Positions 58,199 through 64,000 of a stretch of 64,000 bases of DNA are shown piece by piece. The stretch is taken from NCBI GenBank assembly GCA_029820945.1, contig JALGUJ010000003.1, positions 6,873 to 70,872 of the forward strand, written 5' to 3'. Each line of letters starts with the position of its first letter. Positions within the stretch are counted from its first letter, which is position 1. Position numbers and translations under genes: made by a program. The notes beneath the pieces are model-generated. The model saw only the letters and a list, made by a program, of their open reading frames with translations, made no database searches and had not been told where the DNA came from. This stretch comes from Candidatus Zipacnadia bacterium. Lineage in GTDB: Bacteria > Armatimonadota > Zipacnadia > Zipacnadales > UBA5352.

Positions 58199-58894
58199 AT
58201 GAGCGCTGCTGTGAAGTACCATGGACACGCCTGCTTCTCGATGGCCGCCGGTGGCAGGCGCGTGATCATCGACCCGTTCATCAGCGAGAACCCGGGCGCG
58301 GTCGAGACACTCGAGGAGATCGAGGTGGACGCGGTGCTCGTCACGCACGCCCACTCCGACCACCTGGGCGACGGGATCGAACTGGCGAAGCGAACCGGCG
58401 CGGTGCTGATCGCGACCTACGAGATCGCGCTCTACTGCCAGCGGGCGGGCGTCGAGGACGTCTACCCCATGCACATCGGCGGCGCGGTCGATCTCGACTT
58501 CGCGCGCGTCAAGCTCACGGTCGCGCACCACAGCTCGTCGATCGTCACCGACGACGAGATCCACATGCTGGGGGCGCCATGCGGGTTCCTGGTCACGATG
58601 GGCGAGAGGACTTTCTACCACACAGGCGACACGGGCCTGTGCGCAGACCTTGAGCTCATCGGCAGACTGAACGAGATCAATGCGGCGGCCATTCCGATCG
58701 GGGACACCTTTACAATGGGGCTCGAGGATGGTATAACGGCGGCAAAGATGATCGGTGCAAGCCTGAACATCCCTATGCACTACAACACATTCCCGGTCAT
58801 CGCGGCCGACCCGTGCGAGTTCGTTCGCCGTGCGGAGGCCGAGGGACTCCGGGCACAGGTGCTGGAGCCCGGAGAGGAGACGGAACTTCCGTAG
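58199..58894 (+). CDS. Metallo-beta-lactamase-fold metal-dependent hydrolase (UPF0173-like)
   Basis: GHACF, IIDPF, THAHSDHLGD, AHHSS, YHTGDT, PIGDTFTMG, PMHYNTF. Confidence 0.9.
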   Translation: MSAAVKYHGHACFSMAAGGRRVIIDPFISENPGAVETLEEIEVDAVLVTHAHSDHLGDGIELAKRTGAVLIATYEIALYCQRAGVEDVYPMHIGGAVDLDFARVKLTVAHHSSSIVTDDEIHMLGAPCGFLVTMGERTFYHTGDTGLCADLELIGRLNEINAAAIPIGDTFTMGLEDGITAAKMIGASLNIPMHYNTFPVIAADPCEFVRRAEAEGLRAQVLEPGEETELP

Positions 58895-58979
58895 CCGCTG
58901 CAACGTTACAGGCAACGGACACTCCAGACATCACAGCTTTGCCGCACGGGGCCCATCGGGGTCCCGCACCCGCGACGCA

Positions 58980-59205
58980 GATCTCAACAGGAGGTGATGC
59001 AGTTGGGCGATAGAACAGACTGCACTGTCGAGGTGAAGGAGACCATGACGCGTGGGTGTGGTGTCGGCAGGTAACCTCCTGTCGATGACCGCATCCGGCT
59101 GAGGCGAAAGAATCTCGGCGAGTCTCCTCAGTTCGGCTTTGCGGTCATTAGATGCGGGCCCCGCCGCCAGACAGCCCTGTCTGCCACGGCGGGGCCTACT
59201 GATTC
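58980..59205 (+). other. Structured intergenic element: candidate ncRNA or small-peptide mRNA (ORF 58997/59003..59074)
   Basis: AGGAGGTGATGCAG extended SD; ORF (MQ)LGDRTDCTVEVKETMTRGCGVGR*; ACAGGAGGT 58987-58995 pairs with ACCTCCTGT 59074-59082; hairpins at 59085-59148 and 59157-59196. Confidence 0.5.
59157..59204 (+). terminator. Strong GC hairpin, probable terminator
   Basis: GGCCCCGCCG/CGGCGGGGCC 10-bp stem plus inner CAGACA/TGTCTG stem; only a weak U tract follows. Confidence 0.5.
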
Positions 59206-59278
59206 GGGGCGGGTGTCCGGCAGGTGGCCCATCGGAGACCGTGGAAGGTACCGGCCCATCCACGCCGCCGCTGGAGGG

Positions 59279-61222
59279 ATGAGCGTGAGGTCCGTGCGGA
59301 GAAGCCGCGTCGTCGTGCTGCTCGCAGTGCTGGCCCTCGCCCCGGCCTACGCCCAGGAGCCCACCGTTGAGGAGTTGGAGACCGCCATCAAGCGCGTCGA
59401 GGCGGCTCATAGGGAGCCGGGGGAGGATGTCGCGCGCCACGTCAACCTCGCGCTGGCGAAGCTCAAGCTCAAGAAGGCGAAGATGCTGCAGGGCGGCGGA
59501 TTCTACTTCGGGGCCAACGCCGACGAGGAGATCGCGGAGGGGATGCGGCTGCTGGAGATGCTCGAGCGCGGGGAGCTGTATCGCCCACCGCTCGGCAAGT
59601 TGGACGAGCTCGCCTACATCACGGATAACGACGGCACGGTTCAGCCCTACTACGTGCACATCCCGGAGGCCTACGACGCGGCGCGCCCCTGGCCGCTGAT
59701 CGTCTTCCTGCACGGCTATGTGCCGAGCATCTCGATGGTCGATCCCTGGCTGCTCTCGGACGAGTTCTGCGACATCGCCGAGCGCCACGGCTGCCTGCTG
59801 GTCATCCCCTACGGCCGGCGTAACACGGACTTTCAGGGCGTCGGCGAGGTGGACATCTTCCGGGCCATCACCGAGGTCAAGCGCCTCTACTCAGTTGACC
59901 CCGCGCGCATCTACCTCTCCGGAGTCTCCATGGGCGGCATGGGCGCCTGGAACATGGCGTTGCGCCACCCCGGGGTCTTCGCCGCCACCACGCCCATGTC
60001 GGGCCAGACCGACATGTTCCGCTGGTGGGGCTGGGACCCGGAGAGCATGACGCCCTACCGGCGCTTCCTGGTGGCGTGGGATAACCCCGAGGAGATGGCG
60101 CCCAACGCCCGCGGCCAGCACTTCTTCGCCCAGCACGGGGAGCTGGACCATCTCATCCCCGTGGTCGAATCGCGCTCGATGGTCGAGAGGTTGCGTTCGC
60201 TCGGGATACCCATCGATTACCACGAGTTCGCCGGCGAGAGCCACTACATCTACTGGGACACGCCCTGCTACGAGAATGCCTGGAGCTGGAGCAGGCAGTT
60301 CACCCTCGAGCCTTCGCCGGCGCGCGTGACCTTCCGCTGCTTCTCCCTGGCCTACAACCGCGCGTTCTGGCTGACCATCGACCGGCTGAAGATATGGGGC
60401 ACGCCGGCGACGGTCGATGCGTCGGTCGCCGACGACGGCGCCCGCCTGGATATCACCTGCGACAACGTGGCCGCACTGACCATCGACCTGGCTCAATGCC
60501 CCCTGCGCCCGCAGGCGGAGACCTACCAGGTGGCGGTCAACGGCGAGGAACGGGCGATCGCTCCCACTGAGGGAGCCCTGACCATCGAGATCGAGCCTGC
60601 CCCCGCGACCGGCGACTGGCCCCCGGCCAAGCGAAAGGGCCTCTGCGGGCCGGCGGAGGATGTCTTCAACACGCGCTTCATCCTGGTGCAGGGCACGGCC
60701 GGCTCGGACGAGCAGGACCTGGAGCTCGCCTCACAGGTCGGCATCTGGAGCGAGGAGTGGGACGGCTTCGCCGACGGAGCGCCGCGCGTGTGCACCGATA
60801 GCGAGCTTTTGCACGCGGAGATTGACCGGTCCAACCTGGTGCTCTTCGGCACCCCGGAGACGAACTCGGTCATCGCGCGCCTCGCCGACAGGTTGCCCAT
60901 CGAGATCGGCGACCATCGCTATGCGATCCTCGGCCGCACCTTCGAGGGCGACGACCTCGGGCTGGTGCTCTGCTACCCGAATCCGCTGAACCCCGACCGC
61001 TACGTGCTGATCTACGCGGGCGAGCTGTACGGGCGCAAGCTGTCGATCAACCACAAGCACGACCTGCTGCCCGACTTCCTGGTGTTCGACAGCTCGCGCT
61101 TCGCGACCGCCGATGCGGAGTGGAACGTCTTCGGCGGCTGGTTCGACGTGGACTGGCAGCCCAGCCAGGACCTGGCCTGGGAGGGCGACGAGGCGCCGGC
61201 TCCGCGCATTCCCGAGGGGTAA
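59279..61222 (+). CDS. Secreted alpha/beta hydrolase (esterase/peptidase S9-like)
   Basis: Signal peptide; PLIVFLHG, RIYLSGVSMGG (GxSxG), QHGELD, ESH. Confidence 0.85.
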   Translation: MSVRSVRRSRVVVLLAVLALAPAYAQEPTVEELETAIKRVEAAHREPGEDVARHVNLALAKLKLKKAKMLQGGGFYFGANADEEIAEGMRLLEMLERGELYRPPLGKLDELAYITDNDGTVQPYYVHIPEAYDAARPWPLIVFLHGYVPSISMVDPWLLSDEFCDIAERHGCLLVIPYGRRNTDFQGVGEVDIFRAITEVKRLYSVDPARIYLSGVSMGGMGAWNMALRHPGVFAATTPMSGQTDMFRWWGWDPESMTPYRRFLVAWDNPEEMAPNARGQHFFAQHGELDHLIPVVESRSMVERLRSLGIPIDYHEFAGESHYIYWDTPCYENAWSWSRQFTLEPSPARVTFRCFSLAYNRAFWLTIDRLKIWGTPATVDASVADDGARLDITCDNVAALTIDLAQCPLRPQAETYQVAVNGEERAIAPTEGALTIEIEPAPATGDWPPAKRKGLCGPAEDVFNTRFILVQGTAGSDEQDLELASQVGIWSEEWDGFADGAPRVCTDSELLHAEIDRSNLVLFGTPETNSVIARLADRLPIEIGDHRYAILGRTFEGDDLGLVLCYPNPLNPDRYVLIYAGELYGRKLSINHKHDLLPDFLVFDSSRFATADAEWNVFGGWFDVDWQPSQDLAWEGDEAPAPRIPEG

Positions 61223-61226
61223 CGCC

Positions 61227-62444
61227 TCACAGCAGGATGATCAACACCCCGCACAGCGCGGCGGCGGACGCGAAGCGGCGCCCGCGCGTCGATCTCCAGG
61301 CGAGGCCCTGCACGCACGCGAGCAGCAGCATGGCGATCCCGCTGCCGCCGCGCAGCAGCGCGAAGGCATCGCCGACGACGACCTCGAAGTGCTCGTCCGC
61401 CGCCGCCGCCATGACGATGTCCTCGTCCATCTGCTCGGGCCCGAGCCGGGTGCGCAGCCGGGTGACCCAATAGTCCCGGCCGCCCGCGAGCAGGTCGGCG
61501 AACAGCGGATCCTCCGCGCGCCATTGCGGGAAGACGCCAGCGTACTCGACCACGAGCGTCTTGCCGCCCGCGTCGGCGATGGTCTCCTCGAACCAGGCGT
61601 CGTAGTCGCGCGCGAAGTCATCGCCCGCGTAGGTGGCCGGGGCGTCCATCGGCGTGGTGTCGTAGTTGGCGCCCTGCATCCGGTGCGGGGCGATGACGTA
61701 GATCAGCACCTCGACGCGCTCCCGCGTGCTCACGCGCGAGATGTGCAGGGGGAAGATGACCTGGTCGGTCGGGAAGCTGAGCGTGATGGGCCTCAGCTCC
61801 TCCCCCACCTCATTCTGGCCGGGCGTCCCGTCCAAGCGGCCTTCATCCGACCCGGCGGAGCCATCCGCGGCCCCATCCGCGGGCGCGATCTTGAGCGCCA
61901 CGAAGAACCACTGCTTGTCCACATAGTACTGCAGCGTCTCCTCGCTGCCCCCCGGCATCCCGTATCCGTTCTGCCCCAGCCAGCTCGCCAGATCCGAGGA
62001 CTGCTCCGCGGAGAGCACCGCGACCTCGTAGTCCTCGACCCGCAGAACCTCCCAGACGACCACCCCGTCCTCCTCGCGCGGCTGCCGGTCGTCGCCCGCA
62101 CATCCGTAGAGGCCCGCCCGGCCGTAGTGACCGCCGAAGTAGCGCGGGCCGGTGATCTCGTTCAGGGCGTCGAAGACGGCGGGATCCGCGGTGCCCACCG
62201 CTTCAGAGGCGGAAATCAGCGCCGGCAGCGGGATGACCCAGGCGAAGTCGGTCGCATCGCCCTGGTAGGCGGTCTGGAGGACGATGGTCTCGCGACCGCC
62301 GTGGTCGATTACCACGGCGCGCTGATCCGCGCTGTTCGCCACTCCATGCACCACCGGGATGAACCCGCCGTCGGCCGGCGCCGGCAGGCCGCTCAGGATC
62401 ACCAGCGTGACGACAGCTCCCGTGACGTGATACCTCATCGACAT
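61227..62444 (-). CDS. DUF2330 family protein with C-terminal membrane anchor
   Basis: Signal peptide; ADQRAVV, YQGDATDFAWVIPLP, WLGQNGY, YYVDKQWFFVALKI, FPLHIS. Confidence 0.8.
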   Translation of the reverse strand: MSMRYHVTGAVVTLVILSGLPAPADGGFIPVVHGVANSADQRAVVIDHGGRETIVLQTAYQGDATDFAWVIPLPALISASEAVGTADPAVFDALNEITGPRYFGGHYGRAGLYGCAGDDRQPREEDGVVVWEVLRVEDYEVAVLSAEQSSDLASWLGQNGYGMPGGSEETLQYYVDKQWFFVALKIAPADGAADGSAGSDEGRLDGTPGQNEVGEELRPITLSFPTDQVIFPLHISRVSTRERVEVLIYVIAPHRMQGANYDTTPMDAPATYAGDDFARDYDAWFEETIADAGGKTLVVEYAGVFPQWRAEDPLFADLLAGGRDYWVTRLRTRLGPEQMDEDIVMAAAADEHFEVVVGDAFALLRGGSGIAMLLLACVQGLAWRSTRGRRFASAAALCGVLIILL

Positions 62445-62476
62445 AGTGCACCCTCCGCGGCCACGACCTGCGACGG

Positions 62477-62776
62477 TCACCGGTCAGACGACGGCGCGGG
62501 CGCCGCGGTTCCCGCGCTCTCCGGCCATCCGGCAACGATCAGCTCGCGGTCCCAGGACTCCAGGAAGCCGTTGCGCGTGTATGTCATCTCGCCCATGAGC
62601 GGATCGCCGACCGTGACGCCGTCACCCTCGGTCGCCAACACGAGCGCCACGTGGCCCACCGTTGCCGAGAGCTTCCGGCCCACGAGCGCGGGCTTCGGCG
62701 CGGCGGCGAGCTGCTCCCAGCTCGCTCTGCGCTTCGCCGACGCCTCCAGCCCGACGGCGTGCAGCGCCCGAAGCAT
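62477..62776 (-). pseudogene. 5'-truncated C39-like cysteine peptidase remnant
   Basis: GHVALVL (His), VTVGDPLMG (Asp) and FLESW present, but the N-terminal Q..CG catalytic Cys segment is absent; begins 4 nt after the upstream stop with no RBS. Confidence 0.55.
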
Positions 62777-62780
62777 GCCG

Positions 62781-64000
62781 CTACCTTCTGTGCGCCAGCC
62801 AGCGAACCGCGTTCAGGAAGACCGCCCGCTCGTCGCCCTCGGCCGCAACGCTCCCGGCGGAATCGCTGAGGATGATCTGGCCGTCGTAGATGACCCGGCC
62901 CTTCCCCTGACTGCCCGCCACCATCACCGGATCGCCGCCGGGGTCCTTCAGGACGACGGTGCCCTTGGCGCCCGGCCGGACGGTGAAGTGGTCGTAGTAG
63001 ACATGCTCGTAGCTCGCGCCCGGCTCGAGGCCCTCGGTGATGGGATGCTCGCCGGCGACGATCACCTCGTAGCTGTCCACGCGGTCGATGGACCCGCGGG
63101 CGATGAGCGGGAAGGTGGTGTCCATGCCGAACTCCGCGCGCGCGTGACCCACCTGGTGGTGGCCGAACATTACCCCGCCCCCGGCCTCCTCGACGAAGCG
63201 CTTGAGCACCTCGAAGTACTCGTAGCGGCTCACGCTGCGGCCGGAGGTGGACTGCGGGTAGAGCAGGACCTCGTAGTTGACCAGATTCGACAGGCTCAGG
63301 TCGTCGATGAACTCGGCCTCGATGTCGTCGGCGGTCTCCAGTGTGAGCATCCAGCCCTGGTGGCCGATGGCGGTGCCGCCGTCCTCGCCCGGGTTGTAGA
63401 CCGCAACCCGAACGGGGCCCTCGTGGGAGACCGGCTCGAACTCAAGCTGGGCGTCGGCCCATCGCCGCGTGCAGGCCTCAAGCGACTCGAGCATGCGCGG
63501 GAAGTCGGCATCACCGCCCGGGATCGCGGGGAAGACGCCCTCGGCGGCGCGGCGCGTGTACTTGGGGTCGTAGCTGCGCATCCGGGCGGTGATCTCCAGC
63601 ACCCGCTCCATGTCTGCAAGGCCGTTCTCCACCGCCTGCTTCCCCGCCGCGACGTTCGCCGCGACCCGCTCGCCGTCCCCATCCGCGATGGCCTGCTGCG
63701 CCAGCAGCAGGTGGTAGTGGGCGCGGGCGTAGGCGCCGAGACAGTGCGTGCGGCGCAGGTAGTAGACGAACAGCCGCTCCTGAATGTCATCCATCTCGAC
63801 ATCGAGATCGAGGACCGTGTCCAGCGCCTCGGCCGCGGCCTCGCACCCCGTCGCCTGCTCCAGCATCATCTCGGGCGTCGGCTCTAACGGCTCCAGGCCC
63901 CGCCTGCGCCGGCCGCGGTTCATGTCGTTGAACATGCGAGAGGGCTGCACGACCATGGCCGGGATGATGCCCTTGTTGAAGGCCTCGTGCATGATGGGGC
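62781..64000 (-). CDS. 3' part of a large protein with C-terminal class I glutamine amidotransferase-like/ThuA-like domain
   Basis: Frame open to the window edge; RVAVYNP, YEVLLYP, LKRFVEEAGGGVM, EHPITEGL, GKGRVIY, FLNAVRWLA. Confidence 0.65.
   Translation of the reverse strand, partial: PIMHEAFNKGIIPAMVVQPSRMFNDMNRGRRRRGLEPLEPTPEMMLEQATGCEAAAEALDTVLDLDVEMDDIQERLFVYYLRRTHCLGAYARAHYHLLLAQQAIADGDGERVAANVAAGKQAVENGLADMERVLEITARMRSYDPKYTRRAAEGVFPAIPGGDADFPRMLESLEACTRRWADAQLEFEPVSHEGPVRVAVYNPGEDGGTAIGHQGWMLTLETADDIEAEFIDDLSLSNLVNYEVLLYPQSTSGRSVSRYEYFEVLKRFVEEAGGGVMFGHHQVGHARAEFGMDTTFPLIARGSIDRVDSYEVIVAGEHPITEGLEPGASYEHVYYDHFTVRPGAKGTVVLKDPGGDPVMVAGSQGKGRVIYDGQIILSDSAGSVAAEGDERAVFLNAVRWLAHRR

Noticed and set aside
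58989-59002. Fragment of a 16S rRNA 3' end on the minus strand
   Set aside because: Similarity covers only 14 nt and the flanks do not resemble rRNA; it is better read as an extended SD on the plus strand.
1-64000. CRISPR arrays, tRNA/rRNA genes, IS elements, prophage genes
   Set aside because: By eye I found no regularly spaced repeats, cloverleaf motifs, or transposase/integrase/phage motifs. A covariance-model scan would be needed to exclude small RNAs fully.

Overview
64 kb of high-GC bacterial chromosome. A prepilin/DUF1559 protein (GFTLIELLVVIAIISILASILFPVF..., C-terminal H-X9-DG) and many giant secreted glycan-enzyme-like proteins suggest Armatimonadota (inference). About 42 intact CDS are supported, mostly carbohydrate and redox metabolism, plus several gene remnants. 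I saw no rRNA, tRNA, CRISPR array, integrase or transposase. Best candidates for new biology: (1) a two-gene operon of a small winged-helix protein and a double-ring KaiC-like ATPase whose KaiA-binding tail is replaced by a cytoplasmic trehalose/maltose-type solute-binding domain, divergent from a GH2 glycosidase; (2) a lower-GC glycan-acylation module with an ACP-AAC(3)-FkbH triple fusion, a DUF4910 M28-like hydrolase and a GT-B protein; (3) an unannotated structured element at 58980-59205 with an extended Shine-Dalgarno, a 23-25 codon ORF and an anti-SD; (4) an AGG-N18/19-GAA promoter-like motif in front of 12 transcription units; (5) a permuted single-chain PreA/PreT dehydrogenase and a DUF3830-like/RNase HI fusion. 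All family calls come from motif recognition by eye; no database search was run. Many starts were moved from the ORF track to the best RBS-supported codon.
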